Positions 1-8,521 of a stretch of DNA of 32,000 nucleotides are shown here, piece after piece; the stretch's first letter is position 1; each line of letters starts with the position of its first letter. A program made the translations under genes and the position numbers. The notes below the pieces were generated by a model. That model was not told the origin of the DNA, searched no databases, and worked only from the letters and a program-made list of their open reading frames with translations. Location of the stretch: the NCBI RefSeq assembly GCF_008065095.1, contig NZ_CP042911.1, positions 3,360,001 through 3,392,000 of the forward strand, given 5' to 3'. This stretch comes from Gemmata obscuriglobus. Its GTDB lineage: Bacteria; Planctomycetota; Planctomycetia; Gemmatales; Gemmataceae.

Positions 1-619
1 CCGCGGTGCGGTAAGCTTCGCCTTCAAGCGTGCGCAACTCCATCTTGCGCTCGTGCTCGAGTTCGGACAGCGGGCCGAACTCGGCCCGGGTGCCGTCGGC
101 GAGCACCGCCGTGAGCGACCGCACGTGATCGACGGTCTGGCGGTACACCACCGACCGGGCGCCGGCGGAGTTGTTCCCAATCATCCCGCCGAGGGTGGCG
201 CGGCTGGCGGTCGCGACATCGGGACCGAACATCAGCCCGTGCGGCGCCAGCGCCCGGTTCAGGTGGTCCAGCACCACCCCCGGCTGAACGCGGACGCGGC
301 GGCCGGAAACGTCGAGCTCGCCGATCGCGTTGAGGTGCTTCGAGCAGTCGATGACGATGCCCGGCCCGATGCTCTGGCCCGACAGGCTGGTCCCGCCGCC
401 GCGGGCGGTGATCGGGACGTTCAGCTCCGCGGCGATCTGCACCGTCACCGTCAGATCGTCGATGGTCCGCGGCAGCACGACCCCGAGCGGGCGCACCTGG
501 TAGTGGCTGGCGTCGGTGGAGTAGAGGTGGCGGGAGGTGTCGTCGAACCGCACCTCGCCGCTGACGTGCCGGCGGAGGTAGCGGACCAGCGAGTCCCGGC
601 GTGCGGTCGCGAAGTCCAT
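1..619 (-). CDS. FAD-binding oxidoreductase (PCMH-type FAD_binding_4 / GlcD-like), N-terminal part; gene runs off the window start
   Basis: Absent from the ORF track because it is open at the window edge. Reverse-strand reading starts at the ATG (complement of cat 617-619). It gives MDFATARRDSLVRYLRRHVSGEVRFDDTSRHLYSTDASHYQVRPLGVVLPRTIDDLTVTVQIAAELNVPITARGGGTSLSGQSIGPGIVIDCSKHLN...VQPGVVLDHLN...GPDVATASRATLGGMIGNNSAGARS. This contains the classic RGGGTSxxGQ and GGxIGNNSxG FAD-domain motifs. Confidence 0.8.
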   Translation of the reverse strand, partial: MDFATARRDSLVRYLRRHVSGEVRFDDTSRHLYSTDASHYQVRPLGVVLPRTIDDLTVTVQIAAELNVPITARGGGTSLSGQSIGPGIVIDCSKHLNAIGELDVSGRRVRVQPGVVLDHLNRALAPHGLMFGPDVATASRATLGGMIGNNSAGARSVVYRQTVDHVRSLTAVLADGTRAEFGPLSELEHERKMELRTLEGEAYRTA

Positions 620-674
620 ACGCTCAGGGTATGCGCCCGGGGGAGGGGAGGGCAGGAACCGCGGGGCGCGAAAA

Positions 675-2033
675 TCAGATCGGGTTCAGGAGGCCGATCA
701 GTCGCAACGCGATCACAACAACGATGCCGGCGAGCAGCGGCCCGGCGACCCGCTTCACGAGCGTGAACGGGTTCGTGTTGGTCAGCGTGCCGCACATCAG
801 CACCACCGCCGCCACCGGCGACATGGTCCGGCCCGCGGCGCTGCCCAGCGAGACCAGGGCGCCGATGGCCACGGGGTCGAGCCCGAGCCGCTCAGCCGGC
901 CCGTGAAAGAACTCGTAGAGGCTCTGCGTGCTCGCCATCCCGGACCCGCAGATGGCGGCGAACGCGAGCGGCACAAGTGCGGCCAGCGGGAGCATCAGGT
1001 GGGGCGCGTCCGCGATGAGGACGCCGAGCGTGTCCGCCAACCCCGCGGCCTTGATCGCCTTGCCGAAGCAGTTCGCGGTGACGATGAGGCTGATGATGTT
1101 CGTGAACCCGTACCCGGCCCCCGCGAAGAACTCCTTCACGCAGTCGCGGGACCGCCCCGGCGCAGCCGCCGCGGCGCACAGCACCCCGACCAGCATCGCG
1201 AGCCCGATGAGCCGGCTGCCATAGGCCGGGTTGCGGGCACCGCCGGGAGCGTCGCCGACTACCCACACCGCGGGGACCTCGACCGCGCTGAACGGCGGCG
1301 CCGCGGCGAACAGCAGCACCAGCGGGACCAGTGGTACGGACGCCTTCAACAGGCTGATGCGCTCGGGGGACGGAGACGGGGGGGCGGCCGGTTCGGCGGC
1401 CGCCGGCCCCTCACTCCGGCGCTCCCACCACACGCTCATGGCCCACAGCACGCCGGCTGAGACTGCCAACTGTGTGAACACCAGCGGCGGCAGATAACTC
1501 CCGGCCTGAACGGTGGTGCGGACCTTGGTCACGGACTCAACGGTCAGCAGCTCCGGGGCGCCGGGGTTCAGCAACTCCCCGCCCACGGAAGCGCCGAGCA
1601 GCAGGCACGCGCCGACGGTGGCCATCGAGTACCCGGCGGCCCGCATCAGCGGCACGACCACCGCGCCCAGGCACACCGCGGTGCTGGTCTGGCTCACGAG
1701 CGGGATGTTGACGACGAAACCGACGGCGATCACGCCGGGGACGAGGAGCCCGCGCACGTATCGGAGCGGGTTGACGAGCAGCAAGATGAGGTGCCGTTCG
1801 CACCCGGTATGCTTGAGGACGTAAGCGAACCCCATCGCGGTGCAGATCGGGACGACGAACTTTTCATTGGAGAATGTCGCCAGGAATTCGCTGACCACCA
1901 CCCACGGGGCGCCCGCAGCGCTTGCGATGATTAGAGCCGCAGCGAGCAGCACCAGCCGCACGTCCCAGCCCCGAACGACCAGCGTCACGGCCGCAACGAC
2001 CACGATCAGCGCGAGGAGGCCGGCGAAGGTCAT
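675..2033 (-). CDS. dcuC: C4-dicarboxylate anaerobic carrier family transporter (DcuC-like)
   Basis: 452-aa polytopic membrane ORF. Blocks AMGFAYVLKHTGCERHLILLLVNPLRY and GSGMASTQSLYEFF...GRTMSPVAAVVLMCGTLTNTNPFTLVKRVAGPLLAGIVVVIA match, from memory, E. coli DcuC (GFAAYMTHIGAN..., GSGNAPFYAF...GRTLSPVSGVVVAVAGMAKISPFEVVKRTSVPVLVGLVIVIVA). Confidence 0.85.
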   Translation of the reverse strand: MTFAGLLALIVVVAAVTLVVRGWDVRLVLLAAALIIASAAGAPWVVVSEFLATFSNEKFVVPICTAMGFAYVLKHTGCERHLILLLVNPLRYVRGLLVPGVIAVGFVVNIPLVSQTSTAVCLGAVVVPLMRAAGYSMATVGACLLLGASVGGELLNPGAPELLTVESVTKVRTTVQAGSYLPPLVFTQLAVSAGVLWAMSVWWERRSEGPAAAEPAAPPSPSPERISLLKASVPLVPLVLLFAAAPPFSAVEVPAVWVVGDAPGGARNPAYGSRLIGLAMLVGVLCAAAAAPGRSRDCVKEFFAGAGYGFTNIISLIVTANCFGKAIKAAGLADTLGVLIADAPHLMLPLAALVPLAFAAICGSGMASTQSLYEFFHGPAERLGLDPVAIGALVSLGSAAGRTMSPVAAVVLMCGTLTNTNPFTLVKRVAGPLLAGIVVVIALRLIGLLNPI

Positions 2034-2217
2034 TGGGTCGTCCGTTTCCGTCGGTCGAAGGAAGTCAAGTTATGACGCCGGTGCGGGCGGTGCCCGATCT
2101 GCGGCGCGGGCCGGGGGTGCGAACAGCGTTTCCCACGAATTACTTCAAGTCAACCGACCGGTCGCAAAATCGTCGCGGATAGTTCAGCGTACCCAACTCA
2201 CGCCGCAGGGCGGACGA

Positions 2218-2493
2218 ATGACGAACGATGCGAAGCTCGGGATGCTCGTTGGCGTGGTCGGCGTTGTCCTCGCGGCCGTGTTCCTGGTGAAGCCGCCCGC
2301 GCAACCGGTATCGGCCGAACCCCAATCGCAAGTGCAGCCTGCGGCCGTGCCGTCGGTGCCGGTGAGTGCGCACGTCGCGGCACAACCGGACGCTTCGTCG
2401 AACGCGTTCCCCTCCACACCCGTTGTGCGGAACCGGAAGGACACGCCCGTGCGGCCGGTTTCGCGGCAGCCGCTGGCGGACGAGGAGCCGTGA
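2218..2493 (+). CDS. small membrane-anchored hypothetical protein (91 aa)
   Basis: Internal ATG (2218) of track ORF 1840..2493. The product MTNDAKLGMLVGVVGVVLAAVFLVKPP... has one N-terminal TM helix followed by a Pro/Ala/Ser-rich tail. The upstream part of the track ORF overlaps dcuC antisense and looks non-coding. No family recognised. Confidence 0.45.
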   Translation: MTNDAKLGMLVGVVGVVLAAVFLVKPPAQPVSAEPQSQVQPAAVPSVPVSAHVAAQPDASSNAFPSTPVVRNRKDTPVRPVSRQPLADEEP

Positions 2494-2495
2494 GC

Positions 2496-3608
2496 CTATT
2501 TCGCCCACATGCTCTTCGGGATGCGGAACCGGAAGTCTTCTTCTGAGTTTGTGTCCGCCCAGGTGCCATCGGGTTTTCGCTCTTTCCATTTCGGCCACAC
2601 CGTCAGGATCAGCTCGTCCGCCTCTGCGGCCTTCGCCTCGAACGTGATCAGGTCGGTCACTTCGGGTTGCTGGGCCGACAATTCGGCCTCGTGGCTCTGA
2701 CGCCCGAGCACCTCGCCGAACCCGAACGAGGTGAGCACCTTGTAGGGCTCGCCGCCCCGCGCCGGGCGTAGCGCCAAAGCAGGGTTGGCGAACGCCGCTC
2801 CGATGCTGCTCGGCACGAACGGCGGTTTCTTCACCCGCGCGGCCGGGTCCGCGAGTTTTACACGCACCGCGACGCACAACAGGTCTTCCGACGAGTCCCC
2901 GTTGCCGTGGAGCGTGCGCACCTTGACCTTCCCGAGCCGGACGCCCTCGACGCTCACGCTCACGGGACCGACGGTCGCCCACCGCCCCGGTCCGGCATCG
3001 ACCGTGGGCGGTTGAGCGTCCCATACTTCCTTCGGAATGCGGATTTTGAACGTCCCGGGGCTCTTCTGGATCGCATAGTTCCCGTTCGGTTGCATGGGCT
3101 GGTAGCTGGCCGGCACCTCCAGGGTGAGGTCCCCCGTTGCGCCGGGGATCGACTCGAACGTGAGCAGGTCGGTCGATTCGCTGTTCTCGGCGTTGAGAAC
3201 GGTTGTGCCTGTGCGGCGCGCGCTGACCGCGTCGAGTCCCCAGGCGGCCACCGGTTTGGCCTCGCGCCCCTGGCCGTCGATCAGGCGCAGTTTGTTCTCG
3301 CCGAAAGAGAACTGGATGCCGCCGTCCTGTTGGATCGCGGGCTGCTTGACGGGCATGCTCGTGTCGAGCAGTTTGAACCGCGTTTTGATTACGAACACGT
3401 CGTCCTTCGATTCGCCCTCTTGCCCCATCATTCCCCGGACCCGTACCTTGCCGTGCCGGACGGATTCAACAGCCAGTCCGAGAGGGCCAACGCGGGCGTA
3501 GCTCCCGGCCCCGGCGTCGGCGGTGTCGAGCCGGTCGATCAGGCCGCGCTTGCAGCCGATCGAACCGACCAGAACCAGCAGGAGTAACGAAGCGGCGAGC
3601 GCACGCAT
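2496..3608 (-). CDS. lipoprotein with an internally duplicated ~165-aa beta-rich domain
   Basis: 370-aa ORF. The signal peptide with lipobox is MRALAASLLLLVLVGSIGC. Two homologous halves are visible: VGPLGLAVESVRHGKVRVRG...TDLLTFES...FKIRIPKEVW versus VGPVSVSVEGVRLGKVKVRT...TDLITFEA...FRFRIPKSMW. Confidence 0.8.
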   Translation of the reverse strand: MRALAASLLLLVLVGSIGCKRGLIDRLDTADAGAGSYARVGPLGLAVESVRHGKVRVRGMMGQEGESKDDVFVIKTRFKLLDTSMPVKQPAIQQDGGIQFSFGENKLRLIDGQGREAKPVAAWGLDAVSARRTGTTVLNAENSESTDLLTFESIPGATGDLTLEVPASYQPMQPNGNYAIQKSPGTFKIRIPKEVWDAQPPTVDAGPGRWATVGPVSVSVEGVRLGKVKVRTLHGNGDSSEDLLCVAVRVKLADPAARVKKPPFVPSSIGAAFANPALALRPARGGEPYKVLTSFGFGEVLGRQSHEAELSAQQPEVTDLITFEAKAAEADELILTVWPKWKERKPDGTWADTNSEEDFRFRIPKSMWAK

Positions 3609-3796
3609 GATGTCACCTGTGTTTGAAGTGGCGGTACGTTTTTACCCCGGCTGCTGCTGCTCTCATAGCCCAGCGCCGCCCGGAAGTCGAACCGGGGCGG
3701 CGGAGCTTCTGGGCCGGGGCGCTTCCCTTTGACGGACCAAACGCCGCCGACGCGCCTACAACGATCGCACCTGCTCGTTTTGTTTCCGGAGCCGCC

Positions 3797-5554
3797 ATGT
3801 CGCGCGTTGCGTTCCTGTTACTGGTTCCCCTGGGGGCCGTTCTCATGATTACCCCCGCCGACGTACCAGCCGCCCAACCGGCTGCGGAAGACGTGCGGCT
3901 CAAGAACCTCTTTCAAACCTACCTGGACGAGGAGTTTCGGCGGCACCCGGCGTTCGCCACGCAGCAGGGCAGCCACGAGTTTGACGACCAACTCGACGAC
4001 CTCTCGCCGGAGGCCCGCGCGAAGGACATCGGCCGCACCAAGGCGCTGCTCGACTCGCTCGCCAAGGACATCGACTTCAAGAAGCTGTCGCGCGGCGCGC
4101 AGATCGATTACGAGATCTGGACCCACAGCCTCCGCTACGCGCTGTGGTCGAGCGAGAACGACAACCGCTTCGAGTACGACCCGCGGACGTATGGTGAGTT
4201 CATTTCCGACAGCGTGTTCATTCTTCTGACACAATCGACGCTGCCGCGCGAGCGGAACGTCGAGAACGCGGCGAAGCGCATCGCGCACATTCCGAAGGTG
4301 GTCGCGGCCGCGAAGGCGAGCTTGAAGAACCCGCCGAAGATCCTCACCGAGGTGACGATCAAACGCAACCTGGGCGCGATCAGCTTCTACGAGAAGGACA
4401 TTTACGAGTTCGCCAAGGAAACGCCCGGGACCGAACCCCTTGCCACCCCGTGCAAGGCGGCGGTCAAGGCGCTCAAGGACTACCAGGAGTGGCTCGAGAA
4501 GGAACTGCTGCCGAAATCGACGGGCGAGTGGCGGCTCGGGAAGGAGAAGTTCGCGAAGAAGCTCGAACTGGAACTCGACGCCGGACTGACCGCCGACGAG
4601 GTGGTCAAGATCGCCGAAGCCGAGGCCGACCGCGTCGAGCAGGAAATGTACTACGTAGCCAAGCAGTTGTGGAGCAAGTTGTTCACAGACAAGCCGCTCC
4701 CTCCCGATGATAAGGCTGGGCGCCGCGCCACGATCAAAGCCGCCCTCGACGAACTCGGGAAGGACCACGGCAAACCGGACACGTTGGTGGAGGACGCGAG
4801 GAAGACCGTCGCAGCGATCAAGGACTTCATCCGCGCGAAGAAGATCCTGACGCTGCCCGAGCCGGACAACTGCCAGATCATCGCGATGCCCGAGTTCCAG
4901 CGGGGATTCTCGGCCGCATACCTTAACCCGGCGCCGCCGCTGGACCCGAAGGCGAACAGCCTTTACGCCGTGGCGCCGCCGCCGAAGGACTGGCCGCCGG
5001 CGCGTCAGGAGACGTTCTTCCGCGAGTACAACTCCGCGATGCTCCAGATCCTGACGGTCCACGAGGCGTACCCGGGGCACTACGTGCAGCTCGCGTACTC
5101 GAACCGTCACCCGTCCCTGGTGCGCAAGGTGCTGTGGTCGGGGTCGTTCGCGGAGGGTTGGGCGGTCTACACCGAACAGATGATGCTCGACCAGGGCTAC
5201 GGGGACGGTGACCTGTCGCTCCGCTTGCACCAACTCAAGTTCTACATCCGCGCCGTGCTGAACGCGATCCTCGATCACAAGATGCACTGCGCGAACCTGA
5301 CCGACGAGGAGGCGCTGGAGTTGCTGGTGGGGCGCGGGTTCCAGACGGAAGCGGAGGCGGTGGGTAAGATCGCCCGCGCGAAGCAGAGCAGCACGCAGCT
5401 TTCGACCTACTTCGTGGGCCGGACCGCCTTCTACCGCCTGCGCCAGAACGTGCAGCGGAAGCGGGGCGACACGTTCGATCTGGGCAAGTTCCACGAGGAC
5501 GTGCTGAGCCACGGCACGCTTCCGGTGAAATACCTGCCAGAACTGGTGAAGTAG
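3797..5554 (+). CDS. DUF885 family protein (metallopeptidase-like HExxPGH motif), secreted
   Basis: In-frame ATG at 3797 inside track ORF 3623..5554 gives signal-peptide-like MSRVAFLLLVPLGAVLMITPADVPAAQP. The motif VHEAYPGHYVQ and the overall ~585-aa size fit DUF885. The upstream 58 codons are Ala/Arg-rich and overlap the divergent promoter region. Confidence 0.85.
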   Translation: MSRVAFLLLVPLGAVLMITPADVPAAQPAAEDVRLKNLFQTYLDEEFRRHPAFATQQGSHEFDDQLDDLSPEARAKDIGRTKALLDSLAKDIDFKKLSRGAQIDYEIWTHSLRYALWSSENDNRFEYDPRTYGEFISDSVFILLTQSTLPRERNVENAAKRIAHIPKVVAAAKASLKNPPKILTEVTIKRNLGAISFYEKDIYEFAKETPGTEPLATPCKAAVKALKDYQEWLEKELLPKSTGEWRLGKEKFAKKLELELDAGLTADEVVKIAEAEADRVEQEMYYVAKQLWSKLFTDKPLPPDDKAGRRATIKAALDELGKDHGKPDTLVEDARKTVAAIKDFIRAKKILTLPEPDNCQIIAMPEFQRGFSAAYLNPAPPLDPKANSLYAVAPPPKDWPPARQETFFREYNSAMLQILTVHEAYPGHYVQLAYSNRHPSLVRKVLWSGSFAEGWAVYTEQMMLDQGYGDGDLSLRLHQLKFYIRAVLNAILDHKMHCANLTDEEALELLVGRGFQTEAEAVGKIARAKQSSTQLSTYFVGRTAFYRLRQNVQRKRGDTFDLGKFHEDVLSHGTLPVKYLPELVK

Positions 5555-5603
5555 GCCGGGCGGCACGCTTCCAGCCAAGTACCTCTTCGAACTGGGGAAG
5601 TAG
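5513..5603 (+). repeat. diverged tandem duplication of the last 42 nt (including the stop) of the DUF885 gene
   Basis: 5513-5554 is ggcacgcttccggtgaaatacctgccagaactggtgaagtag (GTLPVKYLPELVK*). 5562-5603 is ggcacgcttccagccaagtacctcttcgaactggggaagtag (GTLPAKYLFELGK*). The two copies are separated by 7 nt. A 10-bp GC hairpin follows at 5603-5627. Confidence 0.6.
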
Positions 5604-5869
5604 CGGCGGGCGGTCTACGTCCGCCGCCTCGCCTGCCCGCCAAACACCTCAGGTTGGCGCAACTGCCGCCCGCTAATGACGTTAAATTGTCGGCGGTGTG
5701 ACGGTTGGGTGCATGTCAGCAAATTCCGGAGAACGGGATTATGGATGCAGACCGAAATCGGGTAGAATCGGAGTAAATACAGCCGCGCGGGGTACGAACA
5801 ATCTGGTATGAACGGCAGGAGCCCGGCGTTCGGGACGGCCGGCTGGAACTTCCAACGTGAGGGTCTGCA

Positions 5870-6658
5870 ATGCTCAAGAAGATGGTGATCCTGGGGGTCA
5901 TCGGCACGGTGGCCGTCGTAGCGTTCGGCGGCACCAAGGCGGTCTCGTACCTCAAGTCCGAGTTCCGCTCGTTCAGTAAGACCGTCGAAGAGAGCATTCC
6001 GCCTGAGAAGGAGATCGAGCGCCTCAAGAGCGAGGTGTCGCACCTCGACGCCGACTACCGGAAGCTGATCAACCACCTCGCCAAGGAGCGGGTGGAGGTG
6101 GTCAACTTGACTGCCAAGATCGACGAGATGACGGCCAAGCAGAACAAGGATCTGGCGGCTTACGACGCCCGGTACGCGGCGCTGGAGAAGGCGGAGAAGG
6201 GGAACACCCAGCAGGTTTCCTACGGTGACCGCACGGTGCCGCTCAACGACGCCCGCCGCGATCTCGACGGCCTGCTGGTCCGATTGGAGAACAACAAGAA
6301 GTCGATCGTGGCGCACGAGTCGCTGCTGACCAACCGGATCAAGGTGCGGGACACGCTTGAGAAGCAGCTCGAGGCGATGAAGAACCAGAAGTCCGAATTG
6401 GCGAACAGCATCGACGCGATGGAAGCCGAGCTGGCGAATGTGAAACTTGCGCAGATGGAAAGCAAGTACCAGACCGACGACACCCGGCTGGCCCGGATCA
6501 AAGAGGATATGCAGAAGTTGAAGACTAAGCTCGCGGTTGAGCGTGAGAAGATTAACCTGATGCCGTCTGCCTACGACGACAATGCTTCGACTATCAAGAC
6601 CAGCGAGAGCCTTAAGAGCCGCCGCGATGCCCTCAGCGGTGGTAAGAAGTCCGACTGA
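5870..6658 (+). CDS. N-terminally membrane-anchored coiled-coil protein (262 aa), function unknown
   Basis: GAGGG lies 7 nt upstream of the ATG. One TM helix (MLKKMVILGVIGTVAVVAFGG) is followed by ~230 aa of heptad-like, K/E/L-rich sequence. The gene is flanked by a lower-GC upstream region and an intrinsic terminator. Confidence 0.8.
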   Translation: MLKKMVILGVIGTVAVVAFGGTKAVSYLKSEFRSFSKTVEESIPPEKEIERLKSEVSHLDADYRKLINHLAKERVEVVNLTAKIDEMTAKQNKDLAAYDARYAALEKAEKGNTQQVSYGDRTVPLNDARRDLDGLLVRLENNKKSIVAHESLLTNRIKVRDTLEKQLEAMKNQKSELANSIDAMEAELANVKLAQMESKYQTDDTRLARIKEDMQKLKTKLAVEREKINLMPSAYDDNASTIKTSESLKSRRDALSGGKKSD

Positions 6659-6689
6659 TCTCGGAACGTGTAACGAATGAAACGTCCCC

Positions 6690-6723
6690 AACACCTCGGT
6701 CTCTGGACCGGGGTGTTTTTGTT
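6690..6723 (+). terminator. rho-independent terminator
   Basis: The stem is aacacctcggtc (6690-6701) / gaccggggtgtt (6706-6717), 12 bp with one G-U pair. The loop is tctg. It is followed by tttgtt, 32 nt after the stop of the coiled-coil gene. Confidence 0.6.
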
Positions 6724-6779
6724 GCTGCAGGTTGCAGGTTTTGCCCGTCCGACAACCTGTTCGGTATCCATTCCCTAAA

Positions 6780-8042
6780 ATGCAGGGAATGTCACAGGGA
6801 TCGTCCGACGGAACGCTGTTTACCCGTTCGTACACGTTTTTCCTCGCGGGGCGGTTTTGCGCCGTCCTCGCCAGTACTTCCCAGGCGGTGGTCATTGCCT
6901 GGGAGGTGTACGAGACCGCCCGGCAGACCATGAGCGTTGTCGAGGCGTCGTTCGTTGTCGGAATGATTGGGCTGGTTCAGTTTCTTCCCCTATTCGGTCT
7001 TGCTCTTGTTGCTGGTGAGACCGCGGACCGACACGACCGTCGCGTGATCTTGCGGTTGTGTTACCTGGGGCAACTCGTCACGTCCGCGGCTCTCGCGATC
7101 CGGTCCGAATTTAGTGGCGGGTTGTGGCCGATTTTCGCGCTTGCGGCGCTGTTCGGGTGCGCGCGAGCATTCTTTCAGCCCGCAGCCAGCGCTCTTGGCC
7201 CCATGCTGGTGTCTTCCCACCTGTTGCCGCGTGCGATCGCAACAAATTCGTTGGTCGCTCAGGTCGCGAACATCAGCGGCCCGGCGCTCGGTGGAGTGCT
7301 CTGCGCTGTTTCGCCGGTACTCGGGTATGTGGTGAGCGTGGGGTTGTACGCGGCGGCGGTTGTGTGCATGTCGCTGATCCGGGCAAACACCCGCCCTGAT
7401 ACTCAACCCGGACGGTCGCGGGCCGCCCAGATCAAAGAGGGGCTCGCGTACGTGTGGGGCAATAAGTTGGTGCTGGGTGCGATTTCCTTGGATATGTTCG
7501 CGGTCCTGCTCGGCGGAGCCACCGGACTTCTGCCTGTATTTGCGCGTGACATTCTGCACGTTGGCCCGGAAGGGTTCGGTGTGCTGCGAGGAGCGCCGGC
7601 CATCGGGGCGCTCCTCACCGCCGGTGTTCTTTCCATCCGCCCGATCCGCCGGCACATCGGACTAAAAATGTTCGCCGCCGTCGCGATGTTCGGCCTAATG
7701 ACGCTGGCGTTCGGGTACTCACGGTCGTTCCCGCTGTCGGTGGCGTGTCTGGCGGTCTTGGGGGCCGCAGACATGGTATCCGTCTTTACGCGCCAGAGCC
7801 TCGTGCAGATCGTGACGCCCGACCGAATGCGTGGTCGCGTGTCGGCGGTCTCGACGCTGTTCATCGGCGCGTCGAACGAGTTGGGTGAGTTCGAGAGCGG
7901 TGTTGCGGCGCGGTTCCTCGGGCCGGTAGGCGCCGTCGTGTTCGGTGGCGCAGGTGCCCTTGCTGTGACCGGGTTGTGGGTGTGGCTATTCCCCTCCTTG
8001 CGGAGGGCGGACCGACTCGTGTCCGACCCGGTGCATCAATGA
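6780..8042 (+). CDS. MFS transporter (EntS/MFS_3-like)
   Basis: About 12 predicted TM segments. The N-terminal block TRSYTFFLAGRFCAVLASTSQAVVIAWEVYE and the loop ETADRHDRRVIL resemble enterobactin-exporter-type MFS proteins. The start is set at the internal ATG 6780 (alternative 6789), because track start 6732 overlaps the terminator. Confidence 0.8.
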   Translation: MQGMSQGSSDGTLFTRSYTFFLAGRFCAVLASTSQAVVIAWEVYETARQTMSVVEASFVVGMIGLVQFLPLFGLALVAGETADRHDRRVILRLCYLGQLVTSAALAIRSEFSGGLWPIFALAALFGCARAFFQPAASALGPMLVSSHLLPRAIATNSLVAQVANISGPALGGVLCAVSPVLGYVVSVGLYAAAVVCMSLIRANTRPDTQPGRSRAAQIKEGLAYVWGNKLVLGAISLDMFAVLLGGATGLLPVFARDILHVGPEGFGVLRGAPAIGALLTAGVLSIRPIRRHIGLKMFAAVAMFGLMTLAFGYSRSFPLSVACLAVLGAADMVSVFTRQSLVQIVTPDRMRGRVSAVSTLFIGASNELGEFESGVAARFLGPVGAVVFGGAGALAVTGLWVWLFPSLRRADRLVSDPVHQ

Positions 8043-8521
8043 AACGTGAGTAAGACGGTCACCGGTTTGAATCTGGCGCCACACGGGCGACGTTTTAGAC
8101 CTGTTGCTCATGGACGTGATGCCGACCTGCGTGTCATCAACCAGGATCGCAGAACGGGCCGCTTGTCACTTGCCCACGCTGACGGGCTCTTCAAACCCCT
8201 CGGATAACTCCGCGACTCGGGCTTCGATCTTCTGCCAGACGCGGGAGCCGTTCCCGACATTTGAGGCGCACGGGCTCACTCACATCACGACCTGACCAGA
8301 TCAGCCGTCATCCAACTGCAACGCAAGCGGGCGAGGCGCTAAACAAGTACCTCTGCCATATCGTGAGGCGTGGAATGGCTTGAGCCACGGCAGGGAAGAA
8401 CGTGTCGTCGTAAAGGAAGGCGGGACGACTCGCCGATATCACAAGGATGCCGCGTTCGAGGAGCTGAAAAAGGGTTGGCCCCGCGGGCTCAGCAAACCTG
8501 GCAAGAAGGAGTAGTCCCACC

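Noticed and set aside
3623-3796. Upstream extensions of track ORFs relative to my chosen starts (3623 vs 3797, 6732 vs 6780, 11050 vs 11077, 19714 vs 19807, 21244 vs 21343, 24347 vs 24482, 25939 vs 26023).
   Set aside because: The extensions lack family similarity. They run through terminators, repeat elements or promoter-like DNA, or they precede an obvious signal peptide or conserved N-terminus. Internal starts fit better, but the exact starts remain unverified.
3818-5578. 586-aa minus-strand ORF antisense to the DUF885 gene. The track holds similar long antisense or alternative-frame ORFs: 53..766 +, 2140..3024 -, 5615..6931 -, 6990..7655 -, 10831..11862 -, 11899..12828 -, 18054..18998 +, 18538..19422 -, 19906..21237 -, 19983..20771 +, 21274..22383 -, 23210..24211 -, 24479..26017 -, 24574..25377 +, 25803..26648 -, 26029..27351 -, 27915..28751 -, 28238..29053 -, 28827..29474 -, 29407..30135 +, 30286..31191 -, 31273..31848 -.
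   Set aside because: These are Arg/Gly/Pro/Ala/His-rich, low-complexity translations typical of stop-poor shadow frames in high-GC DNA. Each overlaps an ORF on the other strand or frame that carries clear family motifs.
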